A stretch of DNA of 63,628 nt, counting the filler, from Lenisia limosa (Eukaryota; Protista; Breviatea), in NCBI GenBank assembly GCA_001655205.1. It is 10 parts of 10 records of this genome, joined end to end, with 100 filler letters (N's around TTAATTAATTAA, not from the genome) between each part and the next. Parts side by side here need not be neighbours in the genome. Positions count along the whole stretch, not along the records: positions 1 to 16,631 come from LPNZ01001547.1; positions 16,732 to 33,378 come from LPNZ01010907.1; 8 more parts are not named here. One strand, given 5' to 3'. Both the position numbers and the translations under genes were made by a program. The notes under the pieces are model-generated. The model searched no databases, was not told the DNA's origin, and worked only from the letters and a program-made list of their open reading frames with translations. This document shows, piece after piece, positions 1 to 22,590 of this stretch. Each line of letters opens with the position of its first letter. Within the stretch, counting starts at the first letter, position 1.

Positions 1-645
1 TCACTCTGCACCTGTATAAAAGTGGGCGGTCGAAAAGGGCAACATAAAACTTGTTGATTTATCAAAAAAAAAGTCCACAACAAAATGGGAGAGAATATTA
101 AATAATTAAGCCACTGTTCACTATGGAATTATAAGACTACTCCACAACGTCAAGGTTGATTCAAGGGATATGCGTTGTTACCTGGAAGGTATCGTCAGCG
201 AGGTAGAAAAGACAAACAACAGGACGAGTGCGTCTGGCCTCTGTGGAACTGAAAACAACATCTTCTTCGAAGTCTCCCCAGAAACGGAGGACCTTAGAGA
301 ATGAGAGAAGGCAACAACCAGAAAATGCAGGAAATAAAATAACTAAATCGCCAACCTTTCCGTCAAGAGCAAGCCAGGCTTGATTGGCATCACCAAGAGT
401 GACACCTCTTTCCTCAAGCTTCCTAACACATGAAGGAACGGGCTTCTTCTCAGGGTGAATAGGCGAATCTGAGACAGTCTTATGACCGTCAGCAATCTAA
501 ACCATAAATTATCTTAATATCAGCGGCAAAGATCTTCATTAAGCCTCTCTAACACATTCAACCCAACCGTTAAAAGGTGTGACTTCTTAAAATTCTGAGC
601 AGATGGATCCCTAATGGTATTTCCAGGAAGAAATGGGAGCGGCAT
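1..645 (-). CDS. EFHC1: EFHC1/EFHC2 (Rib72)-like DM10-domain protein, 5' part; runs off the window
   Basis: Spliced exons 645-568, 496-356, 292-182 and probably 11-1 (all GT-AG) give MPLPFLPGNTIRDPSAQNFKKSHLLT/IADGHK...AWLALDGK/VLRFWGDFEEDVVFSSTEARRTRPVVCLFYLADDTFQ/VQS. This matches the LPFLPG N-terminus and first DM10 (D.KVL.F...F.E.V....E..R.R....YL.DD) of the EFHC family as I recall it. Paralogue assignment (EFHC1 vs EFHC2) is uncertain. Confidence 0.85.
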
Positions 646-930
646 AGTCGTTATTCAATCTCAAACAAGAAAAAAAACCAAATGAAGATAGCTTATTCAA
701 TTATAATGCTATTAAATCCTGTGTTCCTATTATTAAACTCTTGTTCAGACGAGAAAATGCATTATGGGAGATTTTTTTTTTGTAATACGCATTTTCCGGG
801 CCGGGACAAAAGATATTCATCAAAAAAATATTCCAAACACTTTTCTTGACGCTTGGCTCCAACAGACATAAAGAATTTATCATAGATCTTACACAGTAAT
901 AGGAATTTCGAGCACTAGTGCTTGTTGGTA
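646..930. promoter_or_regulatory. Probable bidirectional promoter between the EFHC-like and Zn2Cys6 genes
   Basis: Divergent ATGs at 645 (-) and 931 (+) are 285 bp apart. Inferred from geometry only. Confidence 0.45.
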
Positions 931-3900
931 ATGAGCGAAGACTTCACCCCAGACGACGGGGACTACTCCTCTGATGAAGAGGGAGGTATTTCTTCGTCTT
1001 TGACACAAAAACCAAAAAGGCAGCGTGTAAAGAGAGCCTGTATTAATTGCGCCAAAAGAAAACAAGTAAGTTTGGCTTCTTACCATTCTATTTTATTATG
1101 GAATTATTATTGAAGCATATTCAAGATCATTTCTTGAAAATTGCTGCTGCTAAAGAAGTGTCATTTGAATTGACGTCATTTTCGGCGTTATAATCTTGAA
1201 AGCCTTCTTATTTTTTAAGAACTGTGACAATGAGAGACCATGCAGCAGATGTGTCCGTTTAGGTTTGTGGAACAGAATAACTCCACCATCCGATGAACAT
1301 TCTTAACCATTGAGCTTCTCTTTAAGCATCTTTTTCTTGATAGTGATGTTAAATTAGAGAATGTTGAAAGTTTGACCTGTCGGACAGGCTGGAAGACGAG
1401 CCGACTCTTTGCCTCACAACTTAGGTATCCCTCACCTCTGCCAAGATCGGCCGAAAAGTGGCGACCCCGGCTGTTTGAGGGATCAAATTCACTTCACAGC
1501 TGATGTTCTGATAGATTGGGGAACTTGATACTTTTACTACGTTTTGGCCCAGCTGTCAGCTGGCTTCGGGATCCCCATCACTGACCGGTCGCAGATGTAC
1601 CGAAGAAGAGAAAACGCGGAAGTAACAGTCGGAGAAGAGTCCAATCATATTCGCCTGTCCCTGTCCATCGACCTGTGATAGCTCCCAATAGTGTTGATGT
1701 GGGAAGGGTCGAAATTGTTGGTCCGTTACGAATTTGCACAACCCCGGTCAACTAATTATTGTGATGCACAACGTGACTTGTTTAGGATCCTGTTTTTGGT
1801 TTGCACGGACTTCCTCCTCTACAGAAGATCAAGTTTGTGGCTGAATTACTTGCTTTTTCTTTTAATCCGATGTTTTTTTTTTTTATAGGGTGTATTTGGT
1901 TATGATTGGAATTGGAAGACGAATATTTCTGACTCCTAACTTTGTTTTTTTTTTTTGTTTTTTTTGTCTTTTTGTCTAGTTAATCAATAAAAGAAGGAAA
2001 ACTACGGAAACGATAACCGCCTGACTTGCTAGGGATCCGTACAAAAGGTGGCACATGGCGATGGCAGTTATGGAGGAGTGGAAGGAAAAGTACAGCTCAG
2101 TCAATTCCGTCGGCTATCATTATTGCACGTGAGCTTACAGGGGAGTTTTTAGATGTTAGGCTGTTGGTTGTAGCTTTCGGGAGTATTATCGCCCCTTTGG
2201 TATAATAGTTGTATTTCCAGGGAGTAAGCAAAGTGTCTCTATCTTATTTGATCGTGTTAGTTCTGTTCTCTGCGACTTCATGCAAGTGGCATGCGACCAT
2301 CTTAACCAGGACATTGGGCCCCTTCTTCAGGTTGGTTTGGTTCTCAATGATGAGAGTAGAATGTAGAGGATGGAATTTTGGTGTATATCTTTCATTTGGC
2401 TTATTTGGAATCAATTTTCTTTAGGCCCAGCGCGATAGCATTGTTGGTCACGAACTCGCCAATGTTGCCCTCAAAATGGTGGGTGCTTGCATCTTGTCAG
2501 CTTTTCCCATTAACATTGTAGCCTCTTGGCTTCAGCATTACACCATCCACGGAGGGACAAGAGCTACTGAACTCGTTACCTTGTGGAGTGTTCAAATGCG
2601 CTACCTTGCCAATGGGTTCGCATTGTCAGCTTCAGTTGCCCAATGATATCCCCTTTTTATTTGGTTTACATCGGACCTAACACCACAGGAGTGTCTGATT
2701 CGTGGTGCAATGTCCAGTTCACTGCCGACCTTGGGTACTCCATCAGTGATCTGAGGGATCTCACCATCCCCAGCTCTTCAAGATTCTTCGCTGCGTAGGC
2801 TGCACTAATTCACTGAATTTTCCTGGATTTTTTTTTATCCATTATCACCCCACGCCCTACAGGCTTCTTCCACCTGATGAAATTCACGATGCGTTTGCAC
2901 TCTATTTGGCCGCCGTAAGGTCGCAGCTCGAAACGTTCTCACGTGGGTGGCTTGTCACCTCTATGATTCAGATTGGCCTTCCCTTACAATCCAGTTCGTT
3001 GCTCGTACTATAAACATCGAAATGGTGATAAAGTGGCGGGCCTCTGGAGACACAAAATCACTTACACGGTTTGTGGAGGTAATATAGCTTGTTATTCAAA
3101 CTTTCCAGCCATCTGTGCTCCTTGTATTTGTAATTTAGCCAAACGACATCGCGGCAGCTTTGCTCTTTATTCCTTAGGATGCTGGTCTCCCCCTGCACCA
3201 CACCATCACTTTTTGGGTTACACAGCCCGAGAAAACTCCTTCAAACCCCTTTGATCTCCCCGCAATTGATCCGAGCCCCATCAAACCCGCAGCCCCCGCC
3301 TCTGTCCCGCACCNNNNNNNNNNNNNNNNNNNNNNNNNNNNNNNNNNNNNNNNNNNNNNNNNNNNNNNNNNNNNNNNNNNNNNNNNNNNNNNNNNNNNNN
3401 NNNNNNNNNNNNNNNNNTCTATCTCCCACAGCCGCCTCCTATTACAGTAAGCAGCTTCTGTGGTCTCTAATTTTTCCAAACAACGGTTATGTTCCCATAC
3501 CTTTTCAGTTCATACCTGAGCAAGCCTTTTCTTAAATTTTGTTTTATTCTCTCACGCTAGTATTACATTATGTCGATGTGCTCTATTGTCAAGGACACGG
3601 AAATATTTCCCTTGACTTATACCACCGCAGCCGATGGGGGCGTCCCCCGACTTCGACGGTGTTATGCCGTCGACCCTTACGTCCATTCTGACTCCAACGC
3701 TCAACCTGAACCCCATGTCCGCCGCCTCTCCCTTCCTCCCACCCATGTCACTTGTAAGCACTTTTCCGATTAATCCCTGCTAACTACTTAGATTTCTCCA
3801 TCCTTGCACAATACCATCCGACAAGAGGGAATTGAAATGACTCTGCCCGGACCGCAATTTATGGACACTCCCTCCAGTACAGTTCGATCGCCACTTTCCT

Positions 3901-4328
3901 TTGGAAGCGCGATGGCAGGAGCTTTCCACCTTCCCAACCCGGAGATAATGGGAAGTACTTTCGAAAACGGCATAGTAGGGGGGGAGGGGGGATATTGCTT
4001 GATAAGTGCTCTCTTGATTTCATTTCATAATGATTAGTCCCCTATGGACCCTCGCGATGCCCAACCATCAGTGTACCCCATCCAAACGATCCCATTATCA
4101 TCGTCATTAAACACTCCTTTGGAAGGAGTTCAACCTGCAATTAGGTTTGAAGGTTATGTGTATTACATGATTTCCGGTTTTTTTTTTGTTGCTTAGCTCA
4201 TTTCTAGTGCGATCAGTTTTTTTAAAAAAAAATTTTTCCTCCTTCGCTTTTTTCTCTCGTTTTCTTAACTGTATAGCCCTGCTCCTGGGCTAGATTCTTT
4301 GGCACAGGCTTGTAAAGAAAAATGGTGA
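931..4328 (+). CDS. Zn(II)2Cys6 binuclear-cluster transcription factor with a C-terminal PAS-like region (multi-exon)
   Basis: Exons 931-1065 and 1220-1262 join to RQRVKRACINCAKRKQ/NCDNERPCSRCVRLG (C-x2-C-x6-C-x5-C-x2-C; I could not place the sixth Cys). Later exons near 2680-3025 give WCNVQFTADLGYSISDL, LLPPDEIHDAF and VRCSYYKHRNG, which are PAS-like. Last exon PAPGLDSLAQACKEKW* stops at 4326-4328. Internal exon structure only partly resolved; gap at 3314-3417. Confidence 0.75.
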
Positions 4329-4644
4329 TGTTTAGTAATTGGCTGTTTTATTATTTTTAAAAGTTCTTATCGTTTTCTTGTTGTCTAGTTTCCTGTTTCA
4401 TACGGTTTTCATGTAATGTACTATTTCTATTCAGTATTGATTGTTGAGCTGTTCACGCACCATAAAGTTCGATTTTTAAGTACCTTAATGGTACCCTTTA
4501 TACTTTATACCTTTATTTTTCTTTCTTCTCTTTTTTAGGCAATAATTCAATAATAGTAAAAAAAAACCCAAACGATAAATCGATAAATTAAAACAATAAG
4601 AAAACAATATCTAAATTAGAAAAAAAATACAGTATAGCAAAAAA

Positions 4645-4727
4645 TGACAACTGTGAGATTCGAACTCACGCCTCCGGAGAGATCACGACCTTAACGTGAC
4701 GCCTTAGACCAACTCGGCCAAATTGTC
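4645..4727 (-). tRNA. tRNA-Leu(AAG): tRNA-Leu (AAG), intronless, long variable arm
   Basis: Reverse complement GACAATT-TG-GCCGAGTTGGTCTAAGGC-G-TCACG-TTAAGGT-CGTGA-TCTCTCCGGAGG-C-GTGAG-TTCGAAT-CTCAC-AGTTGTC-A folds as a cloverleaf with A and B boxes. An oligo-T Pol III terminator follows immediately (A-run 4639-4644 on +). Confidence 0.97.
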
Positions 4728-5346
4728 GTTATACTCTGACCTACCAATTTAGCATCCGATAGCAATTTTTTACAAAATTATACACCCCCCAGAAAACCAT
4801 AATTTTATACACACCCTAGCTTCAAAAGCACTGGAAGAGCCCCGTCGCTCAGCTTAAACTGTAATAGCAATAAAAAGAATATTACTCTTTTTGAACTTGT
4901 TTAGAGATCTTAAAAAGCAAAAACTCCCCTAATCCACTTTCCCTTCACTTCATTTCAGCCATAAGCTTGCAAAAAGCCATCCCTTATGTTTTTTATCCGT
5001 TAAAATACACTTGAGGTAGTGTTGTTGTTTAGAGTTTAAAATCTTGAATTAAAGACACCCACCACCAAGAAAAATGGCGAACGGAAAAAACGGAATTGAC
5101 GGAACAAACGGAACCAACGGAAACGCTGATAAACGAGATGACTGAATGTCCATTATTGGTTGCTAATATTTTATTGTTATATCATAATAACCTAAAGAAA
5201 ACAGAAAAACGACCGACACAGATTTGTGGAGGGTCAGTCAAGCCTCAGCGTTGTCATCGATGGACATGCCCTCAAGCTAAGCAGGTTATATCAAAAATTC
5301 AACATTATATTTTAATAAGAACTCTTGAAGAATATTAAATAAAATA

Positions 5347-6676
5347 ATGAGTTCAACCCATAGAAAACGTAACGGTAAGCTGAGAATGTTGTTTGCCTTG
5401 TCACAATTTGTTATTTCTTGTTTTGTATGTTCTGACACAACAGAGAAGGAAAATATTGTAGCAGCCCTCATAAAAGCATTTTTCGAAGAGGTGCGTTACT
5501 TCTTGTTGTTTGACATGGGACATGGTTTATCATTCCATATATTTCATCTAAGAGTGAGCATTCACAAACCAGGGATTTGAAGTTTTGGAAGGAGACCCCA
5601 AAGTGATAACGAAAGAGATCGTGGATCACATGCTTTATTCTGAACCTGACGAATATTTGAACATGTTTTTGAAAGGTTTGTGCTTTTGGCATGCCTGTTT
5701 TTCCTATACTTTTTTATGACAATTGATGGCAGTTTCAATAATTCTCCATAAGATGGGTTGCGTAAAAACATTCCGATTATGTGAACGTTCACACTTTAGG
5801 TGATTGGGAGGTGGCTGCCCTTGTAAAACCGAGGAAGCAGGTGAAAAGAAAGGGCCTCAAGGAAAAACAGTGCTCCAAATATGTGAGTTAGGAAAGAAGA
5901 TGTTCTTTTTTGCACGTCACTTATTTGTTGACATTTCAGAGATTGAATTATAATATTTTTGAGAAAAATATATCATGTTTGGAAGTAATCCCAACTGAAG
6001 ACAAGAAAAGGAAGGTCCGCAGGCTGGAGTACACCAAAAAAAGGTAAGTACCAATCCACCATCTAAACAATTTATTATTATTAATTTAGAAGTACAGATC
6101 AGCAACCATTCATTGGTAGGTACAGGAACTCTTTTCTCCCTAGTTGGACAAAAATTTCACAAAATTCAGATAACTTTCAACCACAATTTGGCAATAACTA
6201 CAATGAGGACTACGAACAAGCTTCCGATTCTGAACCAGTTTATGGGTACCATGAAGCACAATGTTCGTATCCTTGCCAAAATGGTATGGGTAATTATATA
6301 TATATTTATAGTCTATTCGTCCAAAACTCACGTGCCTTAGAATTACAAGAAAGACTGGAGAATGTAATTGTGGGTTGAAATTAGACTTATGAGTTTGTTT
6401 CTGACTGGTATGTAGTAGTAACCCTTTCAGGTTCGCAAGTTTAAGGAGAGCTCAATAGCTATATTTAACCCGGGGTCGATAAATGCCGAGGTTACTGATA
6501 ATATTTTGGAACGATGGTGAGTAATTATTAGAAGCAGATATCAAATACAAAATTGAAAAATGAAGCTTTTTAAATCTTTGTTTGGAATCCTTCTCTCATT
6601 GTTTAGGGATGATAGCGTATCGTTGATAGCGCTGGGTGTGAGGAACCAGCGGAAGGAGAAAAACAAGTCATGTTAG
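5347..6676 (+). CDS. Hypothetical protein, about 9 exons
   Basis: Phase-consistent GT-AG exons: MSSTHRKRNG / EKENIVAALIKAFFEE / GFEVLEGDPKVITKEIVDHMLYSEPDEYLNMFLK / DWEVAALVKPRKQVKRKGLKEKQCSKY / ... / DDSVSLIALGVRNQRKEKNKSC* (TAG 6674-6676). No family recognised; the true start may lie upstream. Confidence 0.6.
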
Positions 6677-7137
6677 TTTTCTTTTATTTTGAATATTTAA
6701 TGATGGAGTGATCAGCTTGTTTATCGTGTCCTGTGACATAAGAGAAGAAGGGGATAAGAAGGTTGCAATAATATCACTGACATGGACATAATGTACTATC
6801 ATATGACACACTATATTTTTAAATAAGAATATCATATGTAAATATGTTGTCATAGGAAGACGTACATATAATTACATGTATGTACATGCATACTAATGTC
6901 AGAAAGGAGGAAAATAATAACACTCAGTGGATGCAGCAATATTATTGTCTAAGGGAGATATATGGGCAGGCCTACTTTATTATGGTGCAAAGTGCTTGTA
7001 ATATGACCTGGAATAGAATATATCTAGTTGAAGAGGAAAATTACATAGGAGGAGGACGAGCAGAGATGGTTGGGGGCTGAACAGTGAGTAGTGAAGGAGG
7101 CATTCTATTGTATAGTATACAGTATTGAATTCATCCA

Positions 7138-16631
<9,494 letters not shown>

Positions 16632-16731
16632 NNNNNNNNNNNNNNNNNNNNNNNNNNNNNNNNNNNNNNNNNNNNTTAATTAATTAANNNNNNNNNNNNN
16701 NNNNNNNNNNNNNNNNNNNNNNNNNNNNNNN
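16632..16731. other. Artificial assembly linker N44-TTAATTAATTAA-N44
   Basis: The same 100-bp construct is at 33379-33478, 43597-43696, 47274-47373, 52131-52230, 57200-57299, 58719-58818, 60461-60560 and 62194-62293. The 12-mer has stop codons in all six frames. Confidence 0.95.
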
Positions 16732-17149
16732 TGACACGGTTTCTGAATTAATGACACGGTTTTGGTGCAGCAGCATATATATATATATATACTATATCAT
16801 ATATACTATATATAGTATATATGATATATTAATTAACCCAATCACTTGGATTAGATTCATGAATAAGGACAAAAGCCCCTGCACAATAATCATTATTAGA
16901 GATATAATATTAGTAATTATATAATATATCGATATAAAGAATCTAGTATAATATATTATATCATATGATATACTATTATATAATACATATCATATCATTA
17001 TATTGCCCTATCAAGTGCCCATTCAAAAAGTACCCCCACCAACAGTGCAATGCTATCTGGAATAGGTGACAGCGTGGAGAGACCAACAAAATATCTGAAT
17101 AATAAAAACTTAAAACCAAAAGTAACTGCTCCCTAAAAGGGAGAATGTC

Positions 17150-19824
17150 AAAAACTTACCCAGTGCCTTGTGAAACTACAACAGACTGGGCGAATACAAG
17201 TTCAGGAGGAAAATTCAATGTTAGCCCAAAGTTGGGGGTACATGTACCCGCTACACGGAAATTAGAAGAAAATATTTTCGAAGTGAAATCCTACTTGTTG
17301 ATAAGGTTGGCACTTGGTCGACGATGGAAGCCTCAGTGATGTACGGCACACCCACATCAGACTACATCAATTAAAAAAAAAATATCAAAAATACAGCCAA
17401 CCATTACTGGCAATAAATTGTCGTCATAAGGTTTCTTTACGACTTTTTGGTTCACTTCTACAAGGGAAAGACAGGATCCATCTTCACTCTATATTATCAG
17501 TTTCAGATTGAGCATGCACAGTTCTAATACAAAAAGGGGGGAGGGGGGATGAAATAGCATTGTAAGGACACATACACAGAGGTAGCCAAGAAGATCATGC
17601 GAATCATCATGCACCAGAATGCTGGTTCCGACCTAGATTAGACGGTTAACGTTTAGAGGTTTCACAGTACAGCCTATCATATGAATCTCACATTTGACAG
17701 AGCAGCTGCAAATAACCGGTTACGATGAATATCAGTGAGTTTGGCTGTGGCGTTGACTGCGTTTAATTGCGCTGACATCAAAGAGAGCGTTTTCTGAGGT
17801 ATGAGAAAAATGGCAAAAGATATTAATGGTTCAACAAACCACCCTCGACAATGCTCAATACTCTCAAATCACATAATTTCATTACTCTTGAGCCAGGTTA
17901 CCTTGTCGGACTCAATCAAATTGCCCAGGGCTTCAACAACTCCTTCAGTCTATAAAGTTAAATAGAAATGTGAAAATCTGCAAGAAGAAACAGACGCAAT
18001 CTTTTCTATTACGATGCCCAAATTACAGAGTTAATAATGCGAGATGTTCGTAACTCATCAACTAAACAGTCAGCCTAATTTCCAAACTTGTTTCATAAAA
18101 TGTTGTCCCCCCCCCCCCCCNNNNNNNNNNNNNNNNNNNNNNNNNNNNNNNNNNNNNNNNNNNNNNNNNNNNNNNNNNNNNNNNNNCAGCCTTGAAAGTG
18201 AAGATCAGCAGAGCACCAAGAACAACAAAACTCACAACATAGAGTATCGTAATAAGGCCTCTTATCTAAAGAGTGAAAACTAAAATAGCCAGCGTAGGAT
18301 GTAAATAAAATTAATCCACTGGAGAGTACTCCTTTACGTATCCCACCGTAACCAAGGAGGCAGGGAAGTTGCCAAAGGTGCTCTCCGTCTCATCTTCGTC
18401 ATCATACGCGTCAAATCTTGAGGACACCGCTGAACACATCAAATGAGGCAGCTTCTCCTTAGTCGAAATGTCGAGAGAGAAAAAAATAACAGTCAATGAG
18501 GCCTCCTACATCTTGTGTCCGAATGAACTAAGGCATTACGCTCGTCCGAATTCCGCTTTTCTAATGATTAGTAACATAAATGTCTCATTTTAACCTGGAG
18601 AAAGACGGACGGAAGTTTGAAGAAGAGGCGAACATACCGCTGAAACCGAGGGCCCTGACCGATTTCGATTGAGACCTGTAAGATGACGGAGACTTGCAGT
18701 AATTAGGCCCCTCAGAGTAGCCTTTGCCTGCCAGATTAGAGGGACGTGAAGGTCCGAATAGTACAACGTTCATTTTTGGCATACCATGCATTTTCCACCA
18801 GTAATATGCTATAACATAGCAAAAAATCCAGGTTTGAGCACGATAATTTGGCTCAGTGTAATAAATCTGGAAGAGTGTACTCTTCTTTGAGATTCTTTTA
18901 CTTCTTCTTACGATGAGACGCACATGAGACGAGTTTCTGCGTTTGTTTGCATGTGTTTTAAATTGGGGAGTGGTTAGGGCATGGGGTAGATATATTATAT
19001 AATTTTCGCCCTGCTGGCTTGGCTTGGCTTGGCTGACAAACTGGCAACCCTAACCAACCCCTTGCGAATCCCTGCAACAGCACAACACGATCATATAGTG
19101 GCTGGCTGGTTGTAGGTTTTTGACAGGTACACTTTTTTGAAACTCGCAATGTCTCTTGCGCTTGTCTATGCTTCGCTTAGTGAGCCACTGTTCTGGCTTT
19201 CTACGCTCTTTGTATTCCTCATTGGACTGGTAATCTTGCTTGCTGCCTTTCTGATCAGGCGCAAAGCAGGAACCAACTCTTCGGAATACATCTCCTTGAC
19301 AACTTCTTCACCTGGTGAGGCTTGGTACTCTTTATTCTAATATTCTGCTCATAGTATTCCGATCATTCCCCTTTAGCACTTCCCCTCAAGGCTAGTAAAT
19401 CGCCAAGAAATGCCGCCTTTTTATGGACCTCTTTTTCTGTAATTCTTCTTGTCATTGCACTCTTCACCTGCTGGAACGTGCTCAAGATCGAGTTTAACAC
19501 CAGGTGTGGAGCTTGACTGACTCTTGGAGCTGGTTTTTATTTCATCCTTGCCTCTTATGGCCAATCTAGAGATGTTTCAGGTGGACAAATGGAGAGGCAG
19601 TCTAACACGTATATCACGATCCACTGGGCAAACTATTAGTTAGAGAGGGGGGGTAATTATTTTATCTTATTGTTTCTGTGTGCACAGGGTTGTAAGATGA
19701 TTGGGTGTATTAATATTCATATTGATATACAATTATTGTTTTTAGATTTTTCACCACAATATTTAGTGTGATCTATGAGGGTACTGACGAGTGTCCTTTC
19801 GATGACGAGACCAAAACGGTTCAT
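17150..19824 (-). CDS. Series of minus-strand exons; possibly the INO80 N-terminus or a separate gene
   Basis: Open GT-AG-bounded segments such as MNRFGLVIERTL (ATG 19824), LAIRGKDEIK...CNDKKNYRKR, AVSSRFDAYDDEDETESTFGNFPASLVT, TEGVVEALGNLIESDK, KTLSLMSAQLNAVNATAKLTDIH and EVNQKVVKKPYDDNLLP. A linker separates them from INO80, so continuity is unproven. Confidence 0.4.
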
Positions 19825-19844
19825 ATTGAGGGGGAGGGCAAAGG

Positions 19845-22590
19845 ATGGCTTCAATTCCTCAATACATCAGGTTTGTTTTTCCATTTCAATTTTGTGTTCC
19901 ACTTTTCATGCATATATCCTATGTTTCTGATGTATTAGTTACTGTGTGCCTTGCCATCTCAGCCATCATGTTGATGTTATCTCTTTATCTTCGCTCCGTT
20001 GACCTCTATGTTTTTGCCCGACCTCTTGTGGTTTGTTTGGGCAGTAAATTCTTTTCTATGCATTATCTCAAATAGAGCACACTCATAAATTATATGCTTA
20101 AAACTGAAATCGTGAGAAAGCGAAAGTAAGTGGCGTTCTCATTTGTTTCTAGCCGAGAATATCCTTACCTCCAGACATGTATCTTTCTTCTGATCGTCTT
20201 TCGGTTTTTCTTTTTGGAAACACTCATTGGTGAATCTATAAACATATTTTGAATCTTACAGAGCCAATAGGGTAAAAGTGAAACGTAAAATAGAGCAAGA
20301 CTTTTTTTAGATTGAGGAAAATATAGCGGTGGTAAAATGTTACATAACAACATTGTGAGACAGAAATTTGATTTTTCTTGGGATCATCACTAGAATCCGA
20401 ACAAAGTCAATTTCAGAGTGAATATGCCCCTTTTTTTGAATTCAAGCGAATTTCTACTCGGTCCAACTCGACATTTCCGTTGCTATGGCCACTTGTTTGC
20501 TTCACTTCGTTCGCGAAACTTGTGGCCTAGGAAAGGTCTTGTTAGCTCAGTGAAGAAATCGGACTCTGTCCTTGTGGCTTTCATTGTAAAACAATATTTC
20601 GAAGAGCAGTGTAACTTTTTTTAGATTGTTGCGTTGGTATTTGCTTTCTTCCCCACAGCTTCCCATTTTTTCCTGTATCCTGTTGCAGCGAGGGTTGGTC
20701 AGGGAGTATTTCATTTTTATATTGTTCTGCAAAATGGTCTTATTATCTATTAGGCAGCATTCACAGGCTCATATCCCAATGAAATGCTTGCGTGGCTGCC
20801 TGACGCCAATAAGCGGTTTGACGTTCCACATGTTGCCAGTCCTGAAAACGGAAACCCCCTCCCTGATTTCCCTGAAGATGTAAGTGGATTGTTTTCTTTC
20901 TTCTTTTGGATAAATTAATTTCTCTCTCGCCTACTCTTATTGCTCAGGTTGAACATACATATTTCGGAAGCTTTGATGTTTACTCTGGCAGCTACGGTTT
21001 AACAACGCTGAAAATTGGCAAGGGTGTAGGTAAAAGGGTATTCATCATGCACCAGACATTCCTAAGTTTGGTATCATGTTCATTTTCACTCTTGACAGGA
21101 CTGTATGCTGCGAATTTTGCCATTTTAAGCATGTGTGTCACTCTTCTTTTCAGTGCCTTGGACATTAAGGTAGTTTGGAGAAGATGAAGGATTGGTGCAT
21201 AATTCCATTTTGTTTCGATATATAATACATTAGCTGATTCTTTTTAGGTGCGTAAGAACATTGAAGTTCGGCAAAATCTGGCTCCTCAAATGGCAGCCTA
21301 AATTAAGACACCAAATCTCATTCAAAATACATGATAATGTGTTGACAGAAAGACAAGCTTAGACAACTCCGTCACTCCCCCCAGAAGCCCAGAGGCTCTT
21401 ATACGCAGCTTATAAGACCTTTCGACGGCAGTATGAAGGAGGGTAGTATTCAGATTGTAGGCAAGGACATCTGGAACCTGGGACCTGGGACCAAGGAGGC
21501 ATATCGAATATACACCTCCTAATCTACACAATTTCCCATGCACCACAAATGCACCAATACCCACCAACCAACCCCTGGGCGACAGGGCGCTTGAAACAAG
21601 AAAAAGAAAGAACGAAAAATCGAAAAACATAGCGGTGGAATTATGCCAGGTGCGTACCGGGAAGACGGAAGAACTAAACCGACGCCATTTCACACCATTC
21701 AACACCAACCTGCCAACCTGACCGACAACACAACACAACAAAACCGCCAGAATAATAAACGGAAGGGAGGATCACAAAACAGAACAGACTGGTACTTGAA
21801 AACAATGTAGAAAGAAACGGCCTCTGTTGGCTCCTTTTCTGACCTTTCCTGCTTACAAAAAACACAAATTGCTCATGATTTGCTGACTCCACATCCCAAG
21901 CGCCACAATGGTTGGTTCCCTTCTTTTTTATCTAATCCTCGTAGAAGATCAAACATACGCATATCGTAATTGATGAGTGGCCACAGGAGCATGGAATCAA
22001 ATATGTATTCATCACGTCGCTTTCCTCAGGTTTGATTAATAATTGAACATTGTCTGGACAAGGACGTCTTCTTAATGCCTAGAAATGCTGAACCTGGCGC
22101 CAGTCTCCCAGCCGTTCGTTGTATTCTGCTCAGAAACCATGGGCAAAATCCTCATTAATGACCTCAACTTCCATGAAGAAAAAATTGTACGGGGATCATA
22201 TGAAATCTAACAGTGTGTTTCATATTATGTACTTTTCTTTCGCCAACCCCCCCCCCCTCTCTAATATTATTTAGCAATACCTTTCTGTCAACGAGGAAGA
22301 AGAACTCTCAATTTCATCAACTTCCAAATGTTTTTTCAAAGTGTATCCTAATGGGTTCTGCCCGGGTGCCCTTTCGTACTATTTTGAAATCCAGAAAAGG
22401 GACCAACTTCGTTCCTTCTTTTTCACTGGTGCCTATAAGTTTGTGGATTTTGTTCAAGTCAGGGTAAAACCCGCATAACCTCTCTAGCCCCCCTCCAGCT
22501 GCAGATTCCAGAGAATGTGTACCCGCTTCTGTGGAGTATCTTCTTGTGGACGATTTTTGTCTCAGTTTAGGAAAAGACTTTCCTTCCCAG
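19845..22590 (+). CDS. Hypothetical plus-strand exons; a separate gene or the 5' part of the AT-hook gene
   Basis: Exon-like segments GSYPNEMLAWLPDANKR, VEHTYFGSFDVYSGSY, ARTSGTWDLGPRR...KNIAVELCQ / KIKHTHIVIDEWPQEHGIKY and MLNLAPVSQPFVVFCSETMGKILINDLNFHEEKI, with GT-AG borders. Start and end uncertain. Confidence 0.4.

Noticed and set aside
5222-5284. LSVVIDGHAL as a P-type ATPase motif
   Set aside because: A single short segment with no other P-type ATPase motif nearby.
16676-16687. TTAATTAATTAA as a biological motif
   Set aside because: It is always centred in exactly 44+44 Ns; a six-frame stop linker added at assembly.
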